A DNA stretch of 64,000 nt from Clostridia bacterium (lineage in GTDB: Bacteria; Bacillota; DTU086): positions 64,064 through 128,063 of the forward strand of contig JAAYIF010000006.1 in the NCBI GenBank assembly GCA_012523575.1, in the 5' to 3' direction. Each line of letters starts with the position of its first letter. Position 1 is the first letter of the stretch. Below the pieces are notes generated by a model, which was given only the letters and a program-made list of their open reading frames with translations, was not told where the DNA came from and searched no databases. Made by a program: the position numbers and the translations under genes. This document shows positions 22,500 to 30,354 of this stretch, piece by piece.

Positions 22500-22586
22500 T
22501 GGTGCGGCAGAAGGGATTTGAACCCCCACGGGCGCCAGCCCACTAGACCCTGAACCTAGCGCGTCTGCCAGTTCCGCCACTGCCGC
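22500..22586 (-). tRNA. tRNA-Leu (anticodon CAG), long variable arm, CCA encoded
   Basis: Reverse complement is GCGGCAGTGGCGGAACTGGCAGACGCGCTAGGTTCAGGGTCTAGTGGGCTGGCGCCCGTGGGGGTTCAAATCCCTTCTGCCGCACCA. Confidence 0.85.
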
Positions 22587-22714
22587 ACTTTAAAATTGCA
22601 ATCTATATATTAGCATGGTATTAACTTAATGTCAAGCGTGCGTATTAAGCTATATGACAAACTAGCTTCTTTCGCCCTGCTTTTGCTTAGAATAAAGCAT
22701 TTACTAAATAATTC

Positions 22715-23137
22715 TTAGCACAGCCCTTCCACATCCACATCTATATGATATTTCTCTACAAAACAATACAGTATATCACCATCAGTAAGAATTCCAACTA
22801 GCTTGTTGTCTTGTATAACAGGCAAGCAGCCTATTTTATGTTTATATAATAAACGGGCAGCATCTTCTACCGATTCGTCCGGTGTTATGGTTATAACATC
22901 CTTTATCATGATATCCTTTACTAAAGTTTTTTCTAGAAGATCTATATCCATTGAGGCAAGTACAGAAGGACTGACACTCCTTAAATCCCTATCCGAGACT
23001 ATTCCCACTAAAGTTTCACCTTCAACAATGGGTAAATGTCTTATTTTATTAACCTTCACCAGTTTTAAAGCATCAAGAACGGTATCGTTGGGGCTAGCGG
23101 TTACAACGTTTTTTGTCATTATATCTTTCACAAGCAC
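22715..23137 (-). CDS. CBS-pair domain protein
   Basis: Two CBS motifs (VKDIMTKNVVTASPNDTV...HLPIVEGETLVGIVSDRDL and VKDIMIKDVITITPDESV...CLPVIQDNKLVGILTDGDI). Confidence 0.8.
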   Translation of the reverse strand: MLVKDIMTKNVVTASPNDTVLDALKLVKVNKIRHLPIVEGETLVGIVSDRDLRSVSPSVLASMDIDLLEKTLVKDIMIKDVITITPDESVEDAARLLYKHKIGCLPVIQDNKLVGILTDGDILYCFVEKYHIDVDVEGLC

Positions 23138-23216
23138 GTCCTATGCCCTCCCCCTAGTCCCACTTAGATCCTTTTTAATAAAATATTAATTAAAAATTAA
23201 TACTCTTTTCTCTTGG

Positions 23217-23333
23217 CTATTCTTTCTTCTCGTATGCACCGCTTTCACCACAGTTAGGGCACTTTCTTGGCTTACATCTTGCCTCGCGTTCGGCTCCACA
23301 TTTGGTACAAACCCAAATTGCCAAATCAAGCAC
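23217..23333 (-). CDS. 38-aa Cys4 zinc-ribbon protein (below the ORF-track size cutoff)
   Basis: GAGGAGGTG directly followed by a GTG start: MLDLAIWVCTKCGAEREARCKPRKCPNCGESGAYEKKE, with a CxxC-13 aa-CxxC arrangement. Confidence 0.5.
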   Translation of the reverse strand: MLDLAIWVCTKCGAEREARCKPRKCPNCGESGAYEKKE

Positions 23334-23480
23334 CTCCTCTTAACGTAAAAAATGGTTGAGACTATTATATCAAATCTTCAACATACTTATTTACATATCC
23401 TTTATCAAATATAGGATTTTTCCATTTAACATAGAATATGATAACTTAATTGTTGCTAGTTAATGGAGTGTTGATCAAAA

Positions 23481-23729
23481 ATGAGCAAATCTTTAAAAAG
23501 TACTTGGATTTTAATATTACTGCTTTTTTTAGGCAGTTTATTGGGATTGTTAATTGGCCAATCCTTAGTCAGCACTATTCCCTTTTTAAATTATACTAAA
23601 ACAATGGGGTTCAGCCCTGTGACCCTCAATTTAATAGTAATTAAGCTTACCTTTGGCTTTATAATAAACATTAACACTGCCAGTATTTTAGGCCTTCTAT
23701 TGGGACTTTTTATATATTCAAGATTATAG
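23481..23729 (+). CDS. DUF4321-like small membrane protein
   Basis: MSKSLKSTWILILLLFLGSLLGLLIGQ..., an 82-aa protein with two TM segments. Confidence 0.55.
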   Translation: MSKSLKSTWILILLLFLGSLLGLLIGQSLVSTIPFLNYTKTMGFSPVTLNLIVIKLTFGFIININTASILGLLLGLFIYSRL

Positions 23730-24032
23730 TTTTTTATTGGCCCAGGTTAAAAAATCTTTATTGTCATTGGGTACGGGTATAGCCAACTGCTGCCCGGGAT
23801 AGATAAATTCATCATTTAAATTATTTATTTTTTTGATTTCTGAAATAATTTTTCTAATATCAGCTTTCCCGGATCTATGTTTTTCAGCAATATCCCAAAG
23901 AGTATCTCCTTTATTTACAGTTACCAATATAACGTGACTATAGTTATTATTCTCTGTTCTATCCCCCAAATGTATAAAAAGAAAAAAAATGATTATACAG
24001 ATTATCATTGCCCGTACGATCTTTTTCATCAT
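23724..24032 (-). CDS. yneA: LysM-domain SOS cell-division inhibitor-like protein (YneA-like)
   Basis: Signal anchor plus LysM (NKGDTLWDIAEKH...IYPGQQLAIP); divergent from lexA exactly as B. subtilis yneA; GAGGGA lies 6 nt before the MMKKIV start. The track ORF extends to 24101. Confidence 0.7.
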   Translation of the reverse strand: MMKKIVRAMIICIIIFFLFIHLGDRTENNNYSHVILVTVNKGDTLWDIAEKHRSGKADIRKIISEIKKINNLNDEFIYPGQQLAIPVPNDNKDFLTWANKKL

Positions 24033-24080
24033 ATTCCCTCTATCCCAAACACTTGTTTGATTTGCTGCCATAATTTTATA

Positions 24081-24092
24081 GAACATTTGTTT
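24081..24092. promoter_or_regulatory. LexA (Cheo-type) operator 1, GAACATTTGTTT
   Basis: GAAC-N4-GTTT palindrome in the yneA/lexA divergent region. Confidence 0.55.
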
Positions 24093-24111
24093 TTCTTTCA
24101 AGGTTAATCAG

Positions 24112-24123
24112 GAACATTTGTTT
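24112..24123. promoter_or_regulatory. LexA operator 2, GAACATTTGTTT, next to the TTGATATAAT promoter element of lexA
   Basis: Identical second copy 31 nt from the first; -10 TATAAT at about 24146-24151. Confidence 0.55.
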
Positions 24124-24176
24124 GCCTTCTGCGGTAGTTTTTGATATAATATTTCCAAAAATGAGGTGATTTCCTA

Positions 24177-24812
24177 ATGAATTCGGATTTAAGCGATATG
24201 CAAAAAAAAATTTTAACTTTTATCATGGACGAAATTGAGCAAAAAGGATATCCTCCATCGGTAAGGGAAATAGGTAAAGCAGTAGGCCTAAAATCAAGCT
24301 CAACAGTACATAATCATTTACTTAAACTTGAAAAAAAGGGTTATTTAAGAAGGGACCCCTCAAAACCGAGAGCAATAGAAGTTTTAATAAAAAGCAGTAA
24401 TAAAACAGATAAATCTAACAATGAATTTGGCTTTACTATTGTCAATGTTCCCATTATGGGAAAGATTACTGCCGGCGAACCCATCTTTGCGGATGAAAAC
24501 ATTGAGGAGTATTTTACCCTTCCACACTATTTTGTAGGATACAATGAAAATGTTTTTATGCTTAGGGTAAAGGGCAACAGTATGATAGATGCTGGCATTT
24601 TGGATGGTGATATTATCATAGTAAGAAAGCAAAATTATGCAGACAATGGTGATATTGTGGTTGCTTTAATAGAAAACGAAGCAACAGTTAAGCGCTTTTT
24701 TAAAGAAAAGGATTTTGTAAGGCTCCAACCGGAAAATCGCTATATGGAGCCTATATTTTTAAAAAAGGTAACAATTTTAGGCAAAGTAATTGGACTGGTA
24801 AGGAGATATTAA
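24177..24812 (+). CDS. lexA: SOS repressor LexA
   Basis: wHTH N-terminus, an AG cleavage site (ITAGEPI), S24 peptidase motifs GNSM and IVRKQ. Confidence 0.9.
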   Translation: MNSDLSDMQKKILTFIMDEIEQKGYPPSVREIGKAVGLKSSSTVHNHLLKLEKKGYLRRDPSKPRAIEVLIKSSNKTDKSNNEFGFTIVNVPIMGKITAGEPIFADENIEEYFTLPHYFVGYNENVFMLRVKGNSMIDAGILDGDIIIVRKQNYADNGDIVVALIENEATVKRFFKEKDFVRLQPENRYMEPIFLKKVTILGKVIGLVRRY

Positions 24813-24849
24813 AATTATCAAAATTTGTGAAGTTGGAAGTTGTAATTTT

Positions 24850-26088
24850 TCATTTCAGCTCTGAGTTTAATAACTTTTTAGTTGTGTTGTTAATGATAAT
24901 TTTTGTATATTCGTATGAAATGCCTCCCTGAAGATACACCCAGTATGGAGGTTTTACCGGAGCATCAGCACTTAATTCTATGGATGAACCCTGGATAAAA
25001 GTTCCCCCGGCCATAATAATTTTATCTTTGTAACCGGGAAGCCATGAAGCTTCGGGAACTGCAATGGAATCAACAGGGGAAAATTCCTGCAGATATCGGC
25101 AAAAATTTTTTAAAAGATTTTGGTCGTTTAACTTTATGGCCTGTACTATATCAGTACGGTATTCATTATATTTGGGGCTGACTTCAAAACCTAGTTTTGA
25201 ATAAAGGCAGGCAGTATAAATTGCTCCTTTTAAGGCTTCCGTCACCACATGAGGAGCCATAAAAAGCCCTTGAAAGAGTAGACGGGGATCAGTTAAACTT
25301 GCGCCAATATCACTGCCCAAACCTGGTGCCGTTAAAGCTGAAGCTACATTTTCCACCAGTTCTTCTTTTCCCACAACGTAACCGCCCGCCGGCGCTAAAC
25401 TTCCGCCGGGATTTTTAATTAAAGAACCTACCACTAAATCCGCTCCCACTTCAGTGGGTTCCTTGCTTTCCACAAATTCCCCATAACAGTTGTCTACCAG
25501 ACATACAATATTGGGATTATATTCCTTTACGGTTTTTATTATTGTTCCTATTTGCTGTATGGTCAGGGAAGGTCGATGCTGATATCCCCTGGAACGCTGG
25601 ATTAAAATTAACCTTGTCCTAGGGGAAAAGGCTTTTTTTAAATTTTCTAAATCAGGCAGACCTTCGGAGGTAAGGGGTATTTCTTTGTATATAAGATTCC
25701 ATTCATTTAACAAACCCGAATCAGAGCCGGAAATACCCAAAGCATTTTTTAATGTATCATAAGGAGTGCCCGTTGCGGATATAATTTCATCACCGGGCCT
25801 TACTACACCCTGTATAGACTTAACTATTGCATGGGTACCTGAAACAAATTGTATTCTTACAATGGCTTCTTCTCCTTTGAACACTTCAGCGTAAAGGGAA
25901 TCAAGTTTTTCCCTGCTGTAATCCCCATACCCATACCCCGTGGATCCGTAAAAGCAGCTTTCCGAAATGTCGAGTTCTCTAAACGCATTTAGTACCTTCT
26001 CGTGGTTTAAACTACTTATTTTTTCAATTTCAAAAAAAATAGGCTTTACCTCATTCTCCACTTCTTCAAAAAGCTTATGTAGAAACAT
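24850..26088 (-). CDS. methionine gamma-lyase family / aluminium-resistance family PLP protein (YnbB-like)
   Basis: 412 aa with a Cys/Met-metabolism PLP fold; conserved neighbour of the hfq-miaA-mutLS cluster in Clostridia. Confidence 0.75.
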   Translation of the reverse strand: MFLHKLFEEVENEVKPIFFEIEKISSLNHEKVLNAFRELDISESCFYGSTGYGYGDYSREKLDSLYAEVFKGEEAIVRIQFVSGTHAIVKSIQGVVRPGDEIISATGTPYDTLKNALGISGSDSGLLNEWNLIYKEIPLTSEGLPDLENLKKAFSPRTRLILIQRSRGYQHRPSLTIQQIGTIIKTVKEYNPNIVCLVDNCYGEFVESKEPTEVGADLVVGSLIKNPGGSLAPAGGYVVGKEELVENVASALTAPGLGSDIGASLTDPRLLFQGLFMAPHVVTEALKGAIYTACLYSKLGFEVSPKYNEYRTDIVQAIKLNDQNLLKNFCRYLQEFSPVDSIAVPEASWLPGYKDKIIMAGGTFIQGSSIELSADAPVKPPYWVYLQGGISYEYTKIIINNTTKKLLNSELK

Positions 26089-27125
26089 TAATTACCTCCT
26101 GATACTGCAAATTTTTGTGCTTCAAAGACCCTAATAATATTATCATTACTATTTCTTATTTTAGAAGGTATATCTTTAATATCGCAAGCCTGTAGATATA
26201 TTAACTGTTCCCTGGAAAAGTTATTTTCATTAATTAGCCTCAAAGCCTGGGCACGTATGGATTTTTCGATGATATTTCTAACCAGTCGTGCATTACCGTC
26301 GTAGCAGTGTCCATTGCTCACTGCTTTTTCTAAAACATTTTTTAGCTTTATCTCTGCCTCCACAGACAAACGGTACTGCCTTTCCTCCAACATTATTTTC
26401 GCTATTTTGAACAGCTCATCAATGGTGTAATCAGCAAAGTTTAATTGGATCGGAAATCTGGATCTCAACCCTGGATTGCTGTTTAAAAATAAATCCATTT
26501 CAGCTTTATAGCCCGCTAAAATTAAAACAAATTCATTCCGATAATCCTCCATCGCCTTTACCAGTACATCTATGGCTTCTTTTCCAAAATCCTTTGCCCC
26601 TCCCCTTGCCAGGGAATAAGCCTCATCTATAAAAAGTACACCCCCCAAACTTCTTTTAATCTGCTCCCTTGTTTTTTTTGCCGTATGCCCCACATATTCC
26701 CCCACTAAATCAGCTCTTTCAACTTCGTTTACATGCCCTCTTTCCAAAATACCAAGTTCTTTAAAAAGTTTGCCCATTAATCGTGCCACAGTAGTCTTAC
26801 CTGTTCCCGGGTTTCCTTTAAAAATCATATGAAACACCATAGGCTCCGTGGCCAACCCCTCTAATTCCCTCTTTTTTTGAATTTTAACAAAGGCAATGAT
26901 TTCCTCGACCAATTCCTTAATATTTTCCAGCCCCACAAGTTTTTTTAATTCTTTAACACTTTCCAGCCCAGCTTTCATATGGGTGGAATTTATATTCTTT
27001 CTTAAAAGGTTTTTCTTTAAGCCATGGTATTCGCCCGCAGATTCTTCTTTCTTTTGCCCAAAACCACTGGTTCCCACAAAGTTAAATCGTATTTTCATTT
27101 CTTTGTATACACCCCTCAAAAACAC
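26088..27125 (-). CDS. spoVK: SpoVK-like AAA+ ATPase
   Basis: ...GNPGTGKTTVARLMGKLF... Walker A, DEAY Walker B; SpoVK/CbbX family. Confidence 0.7.
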   Translation of the reverse strand: MFLRGVYKEMKIRFNFVGTSGFGQKKEESAGEYHGLKKNLLRKNINSTHMKAGLESVKELKKLVGLENIKELVEEIIAFVKIQKKRELEGLATEPMVFHMIFKGNPGTGKTTVARLMGKLFKELGILERGHVNEVERADLVGEYVGHTAKKTREQIKRSLGGVLFIDEAYSLARGGAKDFGKEAIDVLVKAMEDYRNEFVLILAGYKAEMDLFLNSNPGLRSRFPIQLNFADYTIDELFKIAKIMLEERQYRLSVEAEIKLKNVLEKAVSNGHCYDGNARLVRNIIEKSIRAQALRLINENNFSREQLIYLQACDIKDIPSKIRNSNDNIIRVFEAQKFAVSGGN

Positions 27126-27195
27126 ACTAAAATATCTAAATAATATTTTATGAATACCACAGCCTTTCAGTGCTTGACTTACAATAACAAATTAA

Positions 27196-27226
27196 AAACT
27201 CTCTAGATGGCCTAGAGAGTTTTAAA
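27196..27226 (-). terminator. hfq terminator
   Basis: AAAACTCTCTAG-gccat-CTAGAGAGTTTT followed by TAATTTGTTATTG on the minus strand. Confidence 0.5.
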
Positions 27227-27251
27227 AATTAATTTATTATATTTTCTGCCT

Positions 27252-27503
27252 TTATCCTTGAATATTTTCTCCTTCGGGAAGAAGATTAACATTCCTTGAG
27301 GGTACAATGGTTGAAATGGCATGCTTATAAACCATTTGCTGTTTTCCTTCCACTTCTACGACCACTGTGAAATTATCAAAGGCTTTTATAATGCCTCTCA
27401 GCTGATAACCATTGATCAGAAATAAGGTTACAGTCTGGCTCTCCCTTCTCAACTGATTTAAAAAAGAATCCTGAAGGTTGATTTGAGTCTTTGTCATAAT
27501 CAA
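27252..27503 (-). CDS. hfq: RNA chaperone Hfq
   Basis: [12 protein letters not shown]...[25 protein letters not shown]...HAISTI Sm fold. Confidence 0.9.
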   Translation of the reverse strand: MIMTKTQINLQDSFLNQLRRESQTVTLFLINGYQLRGIIKAFDNFTVVVEVEGKQQMVYKHAISTIVPSRNVNLLPEGENIQG

Positions 27504-27557
27504 TGTACCTCCATTTTTTTCTCTCTACCATTGTGGGCAGGCAATTTATATTCTATA

Positions 27558-28514
27558 CTAATTTAATTTTATTTGCAATCGCTGGCAAATATGTGTTGCA
27601 ATCGCTTTCGCTAATTCTTGTAAATTTGGATAATCCTCTACGTTGAACCATACAATATTTTTATCTCTTTTGAACCATGTAATTTGCCGCTTAGCATAAT
27701 TTCTAGTTTCTTTTTTTATCAATTCTATGCATTTATGGATATCATAATTTCCCGCCAAAAAGCCTAAGACCTGCTTATAGCCCAACCCTTGGGCCCAGTT
27801 TGAATCCGTTTTATATCCCTTATTTACAAGGTCCTTAACTTCTTCAATCAGTCCTTCTTCAATCATTTTATCTACTCTTTTTTCTATTGCTGAATAAAGT
27901 TTTCTTCTTTCCATATAAAGCCCCACAGAAACTGTCCTGAAACATGATTTATTTTTACCTGCTGAATCTGATATTCGCTTCCCCGTTAAATAAAAATATT
28001 CCAAAGCCCGGATTATTCTTTTAGTATCGTTGGGATGAATTTTTTCTGCAGCTTTAGGGTCCACAACAATCAGCTTATTATAAAGATGGATATTACCTTT
28101 TTCTTCAGCCTCTTTTATTAATTCCAATCGCAAATTCTCATCAAAAGAATCCCTGGGGAAATCATAGCCATATACCACTGCATTGTAATACAGCCCCGTT
28201 CCTCCTACCAACATGGGCAGTTTACCACGGCTGTGTATATCTTTAATTATTTTTACAGCTTCCCTTTGAAAATCAGCAACATTATAGTTAATATCAGGTG
28301 TAACAATGTCAATCATATGGTGCTCTATATATTTTCCACTTTTAGCGAAGCGTTCTTCTTCTCTAATTTTTGCAGTACCGATATCCAATCCTTTATACAC
28401 CTGCATTGAGTCAACTGAAACAATCTCTCCTTCAAGCAGGTCAGCCACTTCCACGGCAACTTTGGATTTTCCGATGGCTGTCGGACCCAATATGGCTCCA
28501 ATTGGTATGCTCAT
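27558..28514 (-). CDS. miaA: tRNA dimethylallyltransferase
   Basis: GPTAIGKS P-loop; ...LVGGTGLY... Confidence 0.9.
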   Translation of the reverse strand: MSIPIGAILGPTAIGKSKVAVEVADLLEGEIVSVDSMQVYKGLDIGTAKIREEERFAKSGKYIEHHMIDIVTPDINYNVADFQREAVKIIKDIHSRGKLPMLVGGTGLYYNAVVYGYDFPRDSFDENLRLELIKEAEEKGNIHLYNKLIVVDPKAAEKIHPNDTKRIIRALEYFYLTGKRISDSAGKNKSCFRTVSVGLYMERRKLYSAIEKRVDKMIEEGLIEEVKDLVNKGYKTDSNWAQGLGYKQVLGFLAGNYDIHKCIELIKKETRNYAKRQITWFKRDKNIVWFNVEDYPNLQELAKAIATHICQRLQIKLN

Positions 28515-28551
28515 TTTGCATGCGCACTCCTGTTTTAAATAAATAGGATTA

Positions 28552-30354
28552 TCAGCTGTTTCTTAAAAATTCAGATAACAGTTTATTGCCCGGAATTATA
28601 ATAGCTGTGGGGCGTCCATGGGGACATGTTAAGGGATGTTCTAAAGAGAAAAGTTTATTAATAAGGGCTTCCATTTCCTGGGGGCTCAGCTTTTGCCCGG
28701 CCTTAACGGAAGATCTACAGGCCATTTTTTTAATAAAATCCTCTCTATTTATTTTTTTCCCCTTATCCTTTTCCTCAACTAACTCATCTATAACATCAAG
28801 CAAAAAAACATCTGCAGACCCTTCATCTAAAAAAGCAGGAACTTCCCTGAGAACAAATGAATTTCCCCCGAAGGGTTCAAGCCCAAAACCAAATTCCGTA
28901 AGCTCATTCTTTATTTCGTCTATAACGGCAGTTTGAGGTGGGGACAGATCCAGTTTTTTAGGAAAAATCAGCTGCCTCGCCTTTAAGTTCTCCTTCTTTT
29001 TATATTCTTCATATTTTATCCTTTCATGGGCTGCATGCTGATCCACGATATATAAATCCTTTCCAAGGGAACAAATAATGAACGAGGCATTGTGCTGTCC
29101 AATTATCCGAGGAATATCAGCGGTGTATTCCCATTGCTGTTCTTTCAGAATCTTATCATCTCTTTTTACTGAAAAAACCTCAGAATTCTCATTCTTAACT
29201 TCAACGTTAAATTCATTATTAAATTCATTACTAAATTCATTTATTTTGAAAGGTTTTTCATGGACAGAAAAATCGGCAGAAACTATATTAGTTTTTTTAA
29301 CTCCCTTTTTATCAAATTTATCAAAATCTGAGGAGATCTTTTTTATTTCTGAGAATCTGTTTTTAAAAAGATTTTTCTTCACTGAGTTTTTTATAAAATC
29401 CATTATGTTCTGCTCATTTTTAATTCGGACGGTATTTTTTGTGGGATCTGCATTGACATCAATTAGGGTTGGAGTAATATTTAAAAACAATACGGCCATG
29501 GGGTATCTGTTTTTGGGAATCAAAGTATAATAGGCTTCATCAACGGCCTTCCTTAAAATTTTATTGGCAACCCATCTATTGTTTATGTAAAAGTATTGAT
29601 ATCTATGAGAACCTTTAGTATAAAAAGGCTTTGATATACAGCCGTGCAGCAACCATGAATTTTCCCTTTCATGAATCTCAATAAGATTTTCCACAACTCT
29701 TAACCCAAAAATTTCCGCTATACAGTCCATGAGTCTGCCGGTGCCAAGAGTTTGATAAACAACACTACCATTATTTGATAAACGAAATGCAATATTGGGA
29801 AAACCCAGGGCATATTTAGTTACGGTTTCATTTACAAAATAGGTTTCCTTTGAGCTGCTTTTTAGAAACTTTTTTCTGGCAGGGGTATTGTAAAACAAAT
29901 TCTCAACCTCAACGGTTGTGCCTTCAGGACAGCCTACAACTGAAAAATCTTTGGTTTTTCCCCCTTGGACTTCTAATCGATAACCTTGGGTTTCTCCTTT
30001 ACGCTTGCTTGTTATTATCATTTTGGAAACGGCAGCGATACTGGCTAAAGCCTCACCTCTAAAACCCATGGTTTTTATATCGCTTAAATCTTCAAAATTT
30101 TTAAGCTTACTTGTGGCATGTCGCAGAGGTGATAACTTAATGTCCTCTTCATCCATTCCCCAACCGTTATCGCTTACCTTAATTTTTTCAACTCCACCGG
30201 AATATATTTCAACACTGATTCGTGAGCTTCCGGCATCAATGGAATTTTCAATGAGCTCCTTAACCACTGACGACGGGTTTACTACAATTTCACCCGCTGC
30301 AATTTTATTTGAAACAGTGGGGTCTAATATTATAATGCTCCCCAATAATATCAC
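28552..30354 (-). CDS. mutL: DNA mismatch repair protein MutL
   Basis: GHKL ATPase N-terminus (...AAGEIVVNPSSVVKELIENSIDAG...), a low-complexity NEF-rich linker, and a C-terminal dimerisation domain. Confidence 0.9.
   Translation of the reverse strand: MILLGSIIILDPTVSNKIAAGEIVVNPSSVVKELIENSIDAGSSRISVEIYSGGVEKIKVSDNGWGMDEEDIKLSPLRHATSKLKNFEDLSDIKTMGFRGEALASIAAVSKMIITSKRKGETQGYRLEVQGGKTKDFSVVGCPEGTTVEVENLFYNTPARKKFLKSSSKETYFVNETVTKYALGFPNIAFRLSNNGSVVYQTLGTGRLMDCIAEIFGLRVVENLIEIHERENSWLLHGCISKPFYTKGSHRYQYFYINNRWVANKILRKAVDEAYYTLIPKNRYPMAVLFLNITPTLIDVNADPTKNTVRIKNEQNIMDFIKNSVKKNLFKNRFSEIKKISSDFDKFDKKGVKKTNIVSADFSVHEKPFKINEFSNEFNNEFNVEVKNENSEVFSVKRDDKILKEQQWEYTADIPRIIGQHNASFIICSLGKDLYIVDQHAAHERIKYEEYKKKENLKARQLIFPKKLDLSPPQTAVIDEIKNELTEFGFGLEPFGGNSFVLREVPAFLDEGSADVFLLDVIDELVEEKDKGKKINREDFIKKMACRSSVKAGQKLSPQEMEALINKLFSLEHPLTCPHGRPTAIIIPGNKLLSEFLRNS

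Noticed and set aside
29195-29250. Short tandem aaattcatta-type repeats
   Set aside because: They lie inside mutL and encode the NEFNNEFNNEFN low-complexity interdomain linker. They are not a CRISPR or a minisatellite of independent function.
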